Origin: Eubacteriales bacterium
Lineage (GTDB): Bacteria > Bacillota > Clostridia > Oscillospirales > CAG-272
Length of the DNA stretch: 52,059 nucleotides
NCBI GenBank assembly: GCA_045659365.1
Contig: JAZOWT010000105.1
Span: 1-52,059, forward strand
Direction: 5' to 3'
How positions within the stretch are numbered: the stretch's first letter is position 1; each line of letters begins with the position of its first letter. Shown in pieces: positions 26,304 through 35,142 of the stretch. Position numbers and translations under genes: made by a program. The notes under the pieces were generated by a model, which did no database searches, was not told the origin of the DNA, and was given only the letters and a program-made list of their open reading frames with translations.

Positions 26304-27875
26304 TTATCTATTTTTGCGTCTGATCACAACGACCGCACCGAGTATGGCGATGGTTGTGGGCACGGCAAGAACTATTGCCGTGTAAAGGTTTGCCGTGCTC
26401 ATAGTGAGATTTTCAAGGACACTGCTGTCGTAGAGTACCGACTGGCATCCGTATGGCATATTCTCAGCACCGTAGAGGTACTCGATAAGAGAATATATGA
26501 AATCCTTGTTTGAATATCCGTTGGTTACAAGTGCATCGGACACTGTCATGTAAATACTGGACACAACGAAGATGTTACCCGTTTCCTTACCGTCGGCAGA
26601 GGTAACGGTGTTGTATGCGGCAACCGGGAATGATCCGCCGGTCTTGGTAACGATGCCTGCATTCTCACAGCTTGCGCTACGTGAGGATGTCAGAAGAGCC
26701 TGTGCGGTACCGCTGAGGGTAAGCGCGCCCGCCTCTCTGATGATAACGTCGTTATCCGAATACTTATCCATATTTTCACTGATCTGGGTGGCAATCGTGC
26801 CGTCAGCGTGCTCAGTTACAATGGTATAACCGTTGGTGGTGATCGCATTGGCACCGTCTCTTACGATATCGCGGTAGATCTTGCCGTCGATCTCGGTCTC
26901 GGAAAGGCCGATGCCGTAGCCCTCAAGAAATGTCTCGAGGCTATAAAGCTTCTTTACGTAGGGGTCAAGAGAAACGTAAAGGTTTCCGCCGCGCTTGAGG
27001 TATGCCTCAAGACGTCCTATCTCAGAGGTTGCAACCGCAACACCCGATCCGTCGATGGATATCTCAAAATCGCTTCTGGGGTTAGAGATCACAAGCAGAT
27101 CTGCATCATCGGGCACTGCACTGTCGCGCAGGCTGATCATATCGCTCTCGTATCCCGCCGCCATAAGAAGCTTTACGAAGCTTGAGTCGACCTGCTCACT
27201 GTGTGTGGTGGTGAAATAAGCCTTCTTATGCTCCTCGGCAAGCACCCAGGATATCATGGTGGCAAAGAATTCCTCGCCGTCGTAGGAAAGGATATAGCCG
27301 TTCGAGTCAAGGGAGTAGAAATCGGCATAGCCGGCGCTTGTGTAAGCATCGGTAACAACCTTATACTCACCGCTTTCAACACACTCGAATATAACGGAGC
27401 TCTTCAGGATCACCTCGTCGTTTTCCGTATAGTTGGAAAGGGGGAAGCGATTACCCTTTGAGTCGCGCTTGGTGATTATGTTGATGTACTCTATGTCTAT
27501 AAATTCAGGATATCTTTCCTTATAAAGCTGAGCCGTTTCGTAAACGAGAGAGCCGGTATCGTGTGCGGAAACCGTTTCCTCATCGTTACAGAAGTAGATC
27601 TTGACCGTTCTCTTCTTTGCAATAGCCTCGGCAAAGATGGCGTCGGTCGAGCCGGTAAGGGTCTGCGGATCGTCCTTTGTGGGCGAGAAATACAGACGGA
27701 ACAAGGAAGCAAGGATATAGAACATCACGTTGAAGACGAGAATTACCGCTATTACCATGACGGTAACAGAAGCGGAGAACACGCGTTCCTCACGGACTAT
27801 CGGGCGCTCTACGTTGCGCTTTTCAACAGGCGCGCCGGCTTCCTTTCTTTTTTCGTTTTGTGGATATTTTTTCAT
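26304..27875 (-). CDS. GldG-like ABC-type auxiliary protein (second paralog)
   Basis: Same topology; AYFTTTHSE, VPDDADLLVISNPRSDF, YLKRGGNL and YSNKDF motifs; ends IRRKNR. Confidence 0.8.
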   Translation of the reverse strand: MKKYPQNEKRKEAGAPVEKRNVERPIVREERVFSASVTVMVIAVILVFNVMFYILASLFRLYFSPTKDDPQTLTGSTDAIFAEAIAKKRTVKIYFCNDEETVSAHDTGSLVYETAQLYKERYPEFIDIEYINIITKRDSKGNRFPLSNYTENDEVILKSSVIFECVESGEYKVVTDAYTSAGYADFYSLDSNGYILSYDGEEFFATMISWVLAEEHKKAYFTTTHSEQVDSSFVKLLMAAGYESDMISLRDSAVPDDADLLVISNPRSDFEISIDGSGVAVATSEIGRLEAYLKRGGNLYVSLDPYVKKLYSLETFLEGYGIGLSETEIDGKIYRDIVRDGANAITTNGYTIVTEHADGTIATQISENMDKYSDNDVIIREAGALTLSGTAQALLTSSRSASCENAGIVTKTGGSFPVAAYNTVTSADGKETGNIFVVSSIYMTVSDALVTNGYSNKDFIYSLIEYLYGAENMPYGCQSVLYDSSVLENLTMSTANLYTAIVLAVPTTIAILGAVVVIRRKNR

Positions 27876-27889
27876 CGTGTACCTCGTTA

Positions 27890-28597
27890 TCAGTTATAGC
27901 GACGACGGTCGTAGATACGAACCGTGAGGTATCCGAAGATAATTGCTACGGAGATGTAGTACACTATCGATGCGATATCGATAACACCGTTTGTGAAGTA
28001 CTGGAATCTGGTGAAGATGGAGAGAAAATTAAATACGTAGCGGATCGCGTAGTCGGAGGGGAAAAGGCTTCCGATAAGACCGATAGCAAGGAATCCGAGG
28101 ATGATCGCTATGGTGCCGATAGCAGCGGTAAGCTGGTTCTCGGTAAGTGCAGAAACGAAAAGTCCGATCGCGATAAATACAAGGCCCACAAGCAGGGATG
28201 CGATAAGGCAGCCGAAAAGCACCGCAACCTTGAGTGAGGAGTAGTTAAGAAGAACGAGGCAGTAAAGGGTGTTGAGCACCATACAGCCGGCATAGATCGA
28301 GTACGCGGCAAGGAACTTACCTACCACGATACCGATAATAGATACGGGAGCTGTGAGCAGAAGCTGCTCGGTCTTTACCTTACGCTCCTCGCTGAACGAC
28401 TTCATCGTAAGAAGAGGAAGAACTATTCCGGAGAGAAGAAGCATGATGGTAAAGTAGCTGGTAACGTCCGAGGACATCGAATAAAGGGTGGTGTAGCAAA
28501 GCACCGCACCCGAAAGTGCAAGATAAAGCACGAGGAATACGTATCCGATTACGCTCGTGAAATAGGAGCGCATTTCTTTTTTGAAAACTGCAAGCAT
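27890..28597 (-). CDS. ABC-2 type permease, GldF-like
   Basis: KKEMRSYFTS..GYV, PLLTMKSFSEERK..TEQLLLTAP and GKFLA motifs; about 6 TM helices. Confidence 0.9.
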   Translation of the reverse strand: MLAVFKKEMRSYFTSVIGYVFLVLYLALSGAVLCYTTLYSMSSDVTSYFTIMLLLSGIVLPLLTMKSFSEERKVKTEQLLLTAPVSIIGIVVGKFLAAYSIYAGCMVLNTLYCLVLLNYSSLKVAVLFGCLIASLLVGLVFIAIGLFVSALTENQLTAAIGTIAIILGFLAIGLIGSLFPSDYAIRYVFNFLSIFTRFQYFTNGVIDIASIVYYISVAIIFGYLTVRIYDRRRYN

Positions 28598-28609
28598 TTC
28601 TGTTCCTCC

Positions 28610-29599
28610 TTAATGTGCGCGCTTGCGCTTCTGCGACTGTGTGGGCTCTACTCCGTCGGAGCGGTCAACAAGTCTGATGAATATAGATTCAAGGTCGGTG
28701 CCAACGGGCATCATACCTATGATAGGCCAGCTCATACGTGCGCAGAGATTGAACACCGACTTACGTACGTCGATGCCGCGCTCGGACTCGATACGGAACG
28801 CGAAGGAATCTGCATCGCGCTCGTTGGTAGCCTCGATCATCTTAACGCCGGGAAGCTTCTCAAGTGCGACCTTGACCTCCTTCTGGGGGCCGCAGATCTT
28901 AACCTGATAGCGGTAGCCGTCCTCAATGGTCTTGGTAAGGTTCTCGGTGCGCTCGTCAGCGATGATCTTACCCTTGTTGATGATTATGATACGCTCGCAG
29001 ACAGCTTGTACCTCTGCAAGAATATGAGTCGAAAGAATGACGGTGTGACGCTTACCGAGGGTACGGATAAGGTTTCTTACCTCAAGTATCTGCTTGGGGT
29101 CAAGACCAACGGTGGGCTCGTCGAATATAATGACCTTAGGGTCGCCAACGAGAGCCTGCGCGATACCGACACGCTGCTTATAACCCTTGGAGAGGTTCTT
29201 TATAAGTCTGTTCTTAACGTCAACAAGACGAACGACTGAGATGATCTCGTCGAGGTGCTGCTTTCTGTCAAGGGTACAGCCCTTAAGCTCGTAGACGAAG
29301 TTAAGGTATTCGATAACCGTCATATCGGGATACACAGGAGGCTGCTCGGGGAGGAAGCCTATCTGCTTTTTCGCCTTTATCGGCTCATCGAGTATATTTA
29401 TGTCATCAACATAAGCACCGCCGGATGTAGTGGAGAGATAACCGGTGAGTATGTTCATGGTCGTACTCTTACCCGCGCCGTTAGGACCGAGAAGACCGAC
29501 AATTTCACCCTCGCCGATTTCGAAGCTTATGTCGTCAAGTGCATAGTTAGTACCGTATCTCTTTACGAGATGGTCTACCTTGATAATAGAATTTCCCAT
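28610..29599 (-). CDS. ABC transporter ATP-binding protein, GldA-like
   Basis: GPNGAGKST, LSKGYKQR, DEPTVGLDP and STHIL motifs. ATG at 29599 follows a GAAAGGA RBS. Confidence 0.92.
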   Translation of the reverse strand: MGNSIIKVDHLVKRYGTNYALDDISFEIGEGEIVGLLGPNGAGKSTTMNILTGYLSTTSGGAYVDDINILDEPIKAKKQIGFLPEQPPVYPDMTVIEYLNFVYELKGCTLDRKQHLDEIISVVRLVDVKNRLIKNLSKGYKQRVGIAQALVGDPKVIIFDEPTVGLDPKQILEVRNLIRTLGKRHTVILSTHILAEVQAVCERIIIINKGKIIADERTENLTKTIEDGYRYQVKICGPQKEVKVALEKLPGVKMIEATNERDADSFAFRIESERGIDVRKSVFNLCARMSWPIIGMMPVGTDLESIFIRLVDRSDGVEPTQSQKRKRAH

Positions 29600-29817
29600 A
29601 GGAAACAAATTTCCTTTCATTATTTGCAGATATGTATGCTTACGCAATTTTATATTATACTATATAATTATAAATAAATTATGAACAAACGCGCACAATT
29701 TAAAATATATTTGTAAACTAATTTTGGCTGAAATTCCACGTCTTACAGTCAAGTGATCGCAAAACGCGTACAAGTTACAAAAGTTTTCCTCTTGTTGCGG
29801 AAAGTGGCGGATAGATA

Positions 29818-29847
29818 TTGACAAATGGCACCTCCGCGGTGTATAAT
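29818..29847 (+). promoter_or_regulatory. sigmaA promoter of glyA
   Basis: TTGACA-18 bp-TATAAT. Confidence 0.75.
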
Positions 29848-29898
29848 ACACAAAAAATATTTATAATGTCGCAAAAAAGCGACGGATTGGAGCTATGT

Positions 29899-31143
29899 AT
29901 GAAGGACAACGAATTACTCAAGCGCTACGACCCCGAGATCTACGAAGCCGTAGAAAAGGAAACCGCAAGGCAGAGAAACAAGATCGAGCTTATCGCGTCC
30001 GAAAACTTTGTTTCCGAGGTAGTAATGGAGGCTAACGGCACCACCCTTACCAACAAGTATGCCGAGGGCTATCCCGCAAAGAGATACTACGGCGGATGCG
30101 AGAACGTGGATATCGTCGAATCCCTCGCAATCGAGAGAGCAAAAAAGCTTTTCGGTGCAGGATATGCCAACGTACAGCCCCACTCCGGCGCACAGGCAAA
30201 CATGGCCGTGTTCTTCGCTCTTCTCGAGCCGGGCGACACCGTTCTTTCGATGAACCTTGCACACGGCGGTCACCTCTCTCACGGCTCACCCGTAAATATG
30301 TCCGGTAAGTACTGGAACATCGTTCCATACGGAGTTACCGAAAAAGACGGCACGATCGATTACGAGGAGGTAAGACGCCTTGCGCTTGAAAGCAAGCCCA
30401 AATTGATACTTGCAGGCGCATCAGCATACCCCCGTGTGATAAATTTCGAGAAATTCTCGGCAATCGCCAAGGAGGTTGGAGCCTATCTCATGGTAGATAT
30501 GGCGCACATTGCCGGCCTTGTTGCAGCAGGTGAGCACCCCTCGCCCGTACCCTATGCCGACGTTGTTACAACCACCACCCACAAGACTCTTCGCGGTCCT
30601 CGTGGCGGCCTTATCCTCACCAACGACGAGGAGATGGCAAAGAAGATAAACAAGGCTATCTTCCCCGGCACTCAGGGTGGCCCGCTCATGCATACCATCG
30701 CCGCCAAGGCGGTCTGCTTCAAGGAAGCGCTTTCCGATGATTTTAAGACCTATGCAAAAAATGTGGTCAAGAACAGTGCCGCACTCGCTGACGAGCTTCT
30801 CAAGGAAGGCTTCAAGCTTGTATCGGGCGGCACCGACAATCACCTTATGCTCGTTGACCTCAGCGGAATGAAGATAGACACAGGTAAAGAGGCGGAGCAT
30901 CTGCTCGACGAGATCGGCATCACCTGTAACAAAAATGCTATTCCCTTTGACACCAAGAGCCCTTTCATCACCAGTGGCATCCGTCTTGGCTCAGCAGCCA
31001 CCACAACACGCGGCTTCAATGAGGACGATATGCGCGAGGTTGGTCGCATAATTTCGATAACGCTCAAGGATTTTGATGCCAACAAAGAGGAAGCACGCAC
31101 AAGAGTGGCGGCACTCTGTAAAAAGTATCCGCTTTATGAATAA
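29899..31143 (+). CDS. glyA: Serine hydroxymethyltransferase
   Basis: [34 protein letters not shown] and GGTDNHL motifs. ATG at 29899 has a GGAG RBS. Confidence 0.97.
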   Translation: MKDNELLKRYDPEIYEAVEKETARQRNKIELIASENFVSEVVMEANGTTLTNKYAEGYPAKRYYGGCENVDIVESLAIERAKKLFGAGYANVQPHSGAQANMAVFFALLEPGDTVLSMNLAHGGHLSHGSPVNMSGKYWNIVPYGVTEKDGTIDYEEVRRLALESKPKLILAGASAYPRVINFEKFSAIAKEVGAYLMVDMAHIAGLVAAGEHPSPVPYADVVTTTTHKTLRGPRGGLILTNDEEMAKKINKAIFPGTQGGPLMHTIAAKAVCFKEALSDDFKTYAKNVVKNSAALADELLKEGFKLVSGGTDNHLMLVDLSGMKIDTGKEAEHLLDEIGITCNKNAIPFDTKSPFITSGIRLGSAATTTRGFNEDDMREVGRIISITLKDFDANKEEARTRVAALCKKYPLYE

Positions 31144-31147
31144 AACG

Positions 31148-31179
31148 AAAGACCGACGGGCTATACCGTCGGTCTTTTT
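31148..31179 (+). terminator. glyA terminator
   Basis: aaagaccgacgg-gctata-ccgtcggtcttttt. Confidence 0.85.
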
Positions 31180-31208
31180 ACATCCTCTTCACTTGCGCTA
31201 TAAAACAC

Positions 31209-31237
31209 AAAAAAGCACTTCTTTCGAAGTGCTTTTT
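31209..31237 (-). terminator. tRNA terminator (bidirectional hairpin)
   Basis: aaaaagcacttc-tttc-gaagtgcttttt. Confidence 0.8.
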
Positions 31238-31312
31238 GGAGCTGCTACCCAGATTCGAACTGGGGACCTCATCCTTACCAAGGATGTGCTCTACCAACTG
31301 AGCCATAGCAGC
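31237..31312 (-). tRNA. tRNA-Thr(GGT)
   Basis: 76-nt cloverleaf GCTGCTA...TAGCAGC-T-CCA; anticodon arm CATCC-TTGGTAA-GGATG; TTCGAAT T-loop; encoded CCA. Confidence 0.97.
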
Positions 31313-31343
31313 ATTTCCACAGATATTTCCGCGGAACAATAGT

Positions 31344-31372
31344 ATTATATCAAAACAAATCCTATTTGTCAA
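31344..31372 (-). promoter_or_regulatory. Consensus sigmaA promoter of tRNA-Thr
   Basis: Minus strand TTGACA-17 bp-TATAAT with TG extension. Confidence 0.85.
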
Positions 31373-31443
31373 GAGATTTTTGAAAATATTTTTCGATAAA
31401 AAATCACAGCCACCCCGTGTAACTTTTTCGAGGTGTTTTTTGG

Positions 31444-32217
31444 TTATTTTTTCGGGTTTTTAATCTCAACATTGTCAATTACGGCAATCCCGAGTTTATC
31501 AAGAAAAGCCTTTGCGACCTCTAATTCCTCTTTAACCGCAACCCTATCAGGCGAGTGAGCATCGCATCCGACAACTACGGTGGCACCAAGGCGCGCTACC
31601 TCGCGCCAAAAAAGATCATTAGGATAATTACGTCCCTCGACCATGCCGAGCAAGTTGTATTCAAGCGGAATGTCGAGTCTTTTTGCCTCGTTTATGAGCC
31701 TGTCCATCTCACTGATGTAAAATTCCTCGTCACCACCGGTATAATTGATCAGATCGGGGTGCGCAACGTAGGTGATAAGTCCGGTGTTCATCGCGGCGAT
31801 AACGTTATTAACGTATACTGTGAGCTTCTCCTTGACGGAAGTTGGACGGATGCTGGCATCTGTTCCCTCCTCGTTTACAAAATGCTGACCGAGGATCAGA
31901 TAATCTATCGGATAATCTTGCCACAAGCGGAGCGATTCCTCCCAAAGATCGGGATAATACTCGGTTTCAAGTCCGATAAGTATTTCTATTTCATTCTTAT
32001 ATTTATCACGCAGGCGAAGCAGTGACGAGCAGTATTCCTCAAGCTCGTCAGGTGTCATCTTATAGTAAGAAACGTAGCCGCCCGGATACGGCATGGGCGC
32101 GTGGTCGGAAATACCAAGCACACGGATCCCCGCACTTATAGCAGCCTTTACGTATTCCTCATCCTCGCCACTCGCGTGATGACAGCGCGCAGTGTGGGTA
32201 TGATAGCAATATTTCAT
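31444..32217 (-). CDS. PHP-domain phosphatase (histidinol-phosphatase HisJ family)
   Basis: YHTHT..C.HA, SDHAP, GLETE, AHPD and GCDAH motifs. Confidence 0.88.
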   Translation of the reverse strand: MKYCYHTHTARCHHASGEDEEYVKAAISAGIRVLGISDHAPMPYPGGYVSYYKMTPDELEEYCSSLLRLRDKYKNEIEILIGLETEYYPDLWEESLRLWQDYPIDYLILGQHFVNEEGTDASIRPTSVKEKLTVYVNNVIAAMNTGLITYVAHPDLINYTGGDEEFYISEMDRLINEAKRLDIPLEYNLLGMVEGRNYPNDLFWREVARLGATVVVGCDAHSPDRVAVKEELEVAKAFLDKLGIAVIDNVEIKNPKK

Positions 32218-32248
32218 TGTCAGATCTCCATTTTAAACAGTGACTGAA

Positions 32249-32671
32249 TTATCCATTGAGTGCGATACAGACGGCAATAGCTATGCCGATAAGCACAAAG
32301 ATCACACCAACAAGAGCGATACGGCGTAGTTTGCGCAGTCGCACGTAACGGCGCGCTCTTCGAAGATACGTGGAAATAGGATCACGCTTTCTCATAAGCA
32401 TGCGGTTAAACGTGACGACCCATGCAACGTCCTGCTTGGTTATTTCATCCACGCGGCGCAAAGCACCAACCTCGTGCGCGAGCTTGTTTCGTAGATTTCT
32501 GTATTTGACAAGCCTCGGAAGAGCGTCGTCACGGCCGGGAGCAAGGCTGGCGTTGTTCAGTCGGTTTATATACTCGGTGACTCCTCCGGTTGTAACACCG
32601 AACTTGCTACAGCAATTCCGGTCAAGCTCGATATACTTAGCCAAAAAGCGCTCGTTTATTCTCTTTCCCAC
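32249..32671 (-). CDS. Small helical protein with an RxxxxH (HEPN-like) motif and a C-terminal TM anchor
   Basis: GTG at 32671 has an AAAGGAGG RBS; RNLRNKLAHE motif; basic stretch then hydrophobic tail. Confidence 0.7.
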   Translation of the reverse strand: MGKRINERFLAKYIELDRNCCSKFGVTTGGVTEYINRLNNASLAPGRDDALPRLVKYRNLRNKLAHEVGALRRVDEITKQDVAWVVTFNRMLMRKRDPISTYLRRARRYVRLRKLRRIALVGVIFVLIGIAIAVCIALNG

Positions 32672-32711
32672 CGGTGCTACCTCCTTTCGGTAATCGCTTT
32701 CGTTCCCTATA

Positions 32712-32740
32712 ATTTTACACCATTTTTTCATCGGTTTCAA
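32712..32740 (-). promoter_or_regulatory. sigmaA promoter for the HEPN-like/PHP genes
   Basis: Minus strand TTGAAA-17 bp-TAAAAT. Confidence 0.6.
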
Positions 32741-32755
32741 CCCCTTGATAAATGT

Positions 32756-34174
32756 TTACGATTTGTTTGCTTTTTCATTTTCAAGATCGCGCTTCTTGGT
32801 ACGGAAAAGCAGGCGACACATGGCGCGACCGTCGAACGGTATGAGGGGATAAAGGTACCTATGACCGTTAAGAGTCCTGTTTGTAGCGGCAAGAAAGCAG
32901 AACACAAGAATGCCGCTGATAAATCCAAAAATACCGAAGATCGCGGTAAGGCCGAGAGTGATAAGTCTCACAAACTTGAACGCGTATCCCAACTCATGAT
33001 TCTGCTGGGCGAAGTTTGCTATCGCCACCACCGCCATATACAGGATCACGTCGGGAGAGAGCCAACCAACCTCAACGGCAAAATCACCGAGAATGAGAGC
33101 ACTGACTATCGACAGCGAGTTTGAAAGCATATCCGGGGTGTTCATAGACGCTATCTTCAGTCCGTCAAGTGCAACCTCCACTAAAAACAATTGGAGAAGT
33201 ATCGGCAACGCGCCCGGATTATCAGGCACAAGGAAACGCAGTGTCTCAGGAAGTCTGTCGGCATTCTCGAGATATAGGTACCAAAGAGGACTGATTATAA
33301 CCGACATTATCAGCATCAGCACACGTACGATGCGAAGATACGTGCCGGTCAGAGGGGGAAAATAATAGTCGTCGGTTTGTTGTAAATAATCAAAAATTGA
33401 GGTCGGAAGTATCATAACCTGGGGGGACGTGTCACAAATTACGAGTACACTGCCCTCCACGAGATGGGCGGCGGCAGTGTCCGGTCGCTCGGTCGTGCGG
33501 ATCTTCGGAAAGGGGTTGAGCCACCCACGTCGTATCAGGGATTCGGCAAGCGACTGAAATCCGAGAGTGATGGATTTCGGCTTGATTTCACCAAGCCTTT
33601 TACATATTCCGTCAACGGTTTTTCTATCCGCTACCCCCTCCATATAGCACACCACAACGTCAGTGCGCGAGCTGCCGCCAAGGTTTATATAGTGCATCGT
33701 CAGGCGCGGATCACGGATGCGGCGGCGGATGAGCGCGGTGTTTATTACAAGTGTTTCGACAAATCCGTCGTGAGCACCCTGCATAACGCGATCACTGTCC
33801 GGCTCCTCGGTTCCTCTCGCAGGATAGGTGCGCAGGTCTATTATTATAGCTTCTGCACCAAAGGTTTCAGCAAGCAAAAGTGTTTGTCCGGAGAGAACGG
33901 CAGTTAAAAGCTTTTCGACATCGTCGGCTCGCTCAACCTCCACGTACGGAAGCCGTCGCTCGGTATACTCGGCATCACCTATATCCTTCAATGATAAAAA
34001 GGTCTGCATAACGCGTTGAAGCTCACTGTCCTTAACAAATCCGTCGATATAGAAAAAGCATATTTGTCTGTCCGACACGGCAAGGCGACGCTCTATCACA
34101 TCAAAGCTTTCCTCGGCGCGCAAAAGCCGTGACATCATCCTCACGTTTTCGGTATAATTACCCGTCAATCTCAC
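32756..34174 (-). CDS. Spore germination protein, GerA family (SpoVAF-like)
   Basis: RTYPARG..EP, DGFVETLVINTALIRRRIRDP, NPFPKIR.TERPD, DDYYFPP and ASMNTP..LSNSLS motifs. Confidence 0.88.
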   Translation of the reverse strand: MRLTGNYTENVRMMSRLLRAEESFDVIERRLAVSDRQICFFYIDGFVKDSELQRVMQTFLSLKDIGDAEYTERRLPYVEVERADDVEKLLTAVLSGQTLLLAETFGAEAIIIDLRTYPARGTEEPDSDRVMQGAHDGFVETLVINTALIRRRIRDPRLTMHYINLGGSSRTDVVVCYMEGVADRKTVDGICKRLGEIKPKSITLGFQSLAESLIRRGWLNPFPKIRTTERPDTAAAHLVEGSVLVICDTSPQVMILPTSIFDYLQQTDDYYFPPLTGTYLRIVRVLMLIMSVIISPLWYLYLENADRLPETLRFLVPDNPGALPILLQLFLVEVALDGLKIASMNTPDMLSNSLSIVSALILGDFAVEVGWLSPDVILYMAVVAIANFAQQNHELGYAFKFVRLITLGLTAIFGIFGFISGILVFCFLAATNRTLNGHRYLYPLIPFDGRAMCRLLFRTKKRDLENEKANKS

Positions 34175-34256
34175 ACTCTTTTTTCCCTTTCTCAGCTATC
34201 TTCGGGCTACGTGCATTTATCGACAAGCCGCCCCTGTTTTTGTAAATTATTTCTCC

Positions 34257-34309
34257 TGTTAACTTTTTTATTCACTTTTGTTGACAACTTAAAGTGTTTG
34301 TGTTAAAAT
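34257..34309 (+). promoter_or_regulatory. sigmaA promoter (TTGACA 34281-34286, 17 bp, TG-n-TAAAAT 34304-34309) overlapped by a BirA-operator-like dyad TGTTAAC-N16-GTTGACA (34257-34286)
   Basis: Direct match to the sigmaA consensus and to the Bacillus/Clostridium-group BirA site pattern TGTtAAC-N14-16-GTTaACA. Confidence 0.65.
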
Positions 34310-34341
34310 ACATTAAGATATTCAATATGGAGTGATATACC

Positions 34342-35142
34342 ATAAAAAACCTTTTTAGCAAGGCTTTTGTAAACAAAGATTTACAAAATTTAAGCCTATT
34401 TTACTACGAAAAAACCGATTCAACCAATACCCGTGCGAAATTATTCGCACTTTCAAGGTCTGCGGAGGATAAAAACCCCGCAGTGTTTCTTACGCGCGCG
34501 CAGAGTGCGGGTAGGGGTACGCGCGGGCGTCTTTTTGAGTCACCCGAGGACGGTGGGCTTTACATGAGCCTGCTTCTCTATCCCGAAATTCACGGCAAGA
34601 ATGCATACCTTCTGACGTGTGCGGCGGCCGTGGCGGTGTGCCGAGCGATTGAAAAAATATGTCCCGATGTGCTGCCGAAAATCAAATGGGTGAACGACGT
34701 TTATGTCGGTGACAAAAAGCTGTGCGGCATACTTACCGAGGGTGAGTGCAAAGAGGACGGTATGCTTCGCTATGCCGTGATCGGGATCGGTATCAATATA
34801 AAAAACGCCCCGCATTCTCCCGAGGTAGAGTCCATCATGACCTCGCTTGAAAATGAGGGAGCAACCATAGCCACCCCCGAGCTTGCCGCCGAGGTAATGA
34901 GCGAGCTTATCGCACTTGCCGGCAACAAAAAAGAGGTTCTTGACGAGTACCGCACACGTTCGATGCTGATAGGCCGGGAGGTCGAGATCTCATCGGGTGG
35001 CGCAGTAAATACAGAGTGTGTTATCGGCATTGATGACGAGTGCGCCTTGTTGACAAGGGGTGCGGATAACACTGCGAAAAAATACATTTCAGGGGATGTT
35101 AAAATACACCCAAAGGAGAAAAACAATGCCGTTCGGAGTTAA
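34342..35142 (+). CDS. birA: Biotin-protein ligase without an N-terminal HTH; probable ATA start
   Basis: QSAGRGTRGR, KWVND, KLCGILTE and GIGIN motifs. The conserved YYEKTDSTN segment lies in frame upstream of the GTG at 34483. GGAGTGA sits 6 nt before ATA at 34342. Confidence 0.8.
   Translation: MKNLFSKAFVNKDLQNLSLFYYEKTDSTNTRAKLFALSRSAEDKNPAVFLTRAQSAGRGTRGRLFESPEDGGLYMSLLLYPEIHGKNAYLLTCAAAVAVCRAIEKICPDVLPKIKWVNDVYVGDKKLCGILTEGECKEDGMLRYAVIGIGINIKNAPHSPEVESIMTSLENEGATIATPELAAEVMSELIALAGNKKEVLDEYRTRSMLIGREVEISSGGAVNTECVIGIDDECALLTRGADNTAKKYISGDVKIHPKEKNNAVRS

Noticed and set aside
24610-29599. Gliding motility function
   Set aside because: The Gld names reflect family similarity only. No T9SS or motor genes are present and the organism looks like a monoderm Firmicute.
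31237-31312. tRNA as an integration site, or as an amber suppressor
   Set aside because: No duplicated 3' end or integrase is visible. The anticodon is GGT (Thr), not CTA.
31178-31372. 64-aa ORF
   Set aside because: It overlaps the tRNA-Thr gene, and its TTG start is the -35 box.
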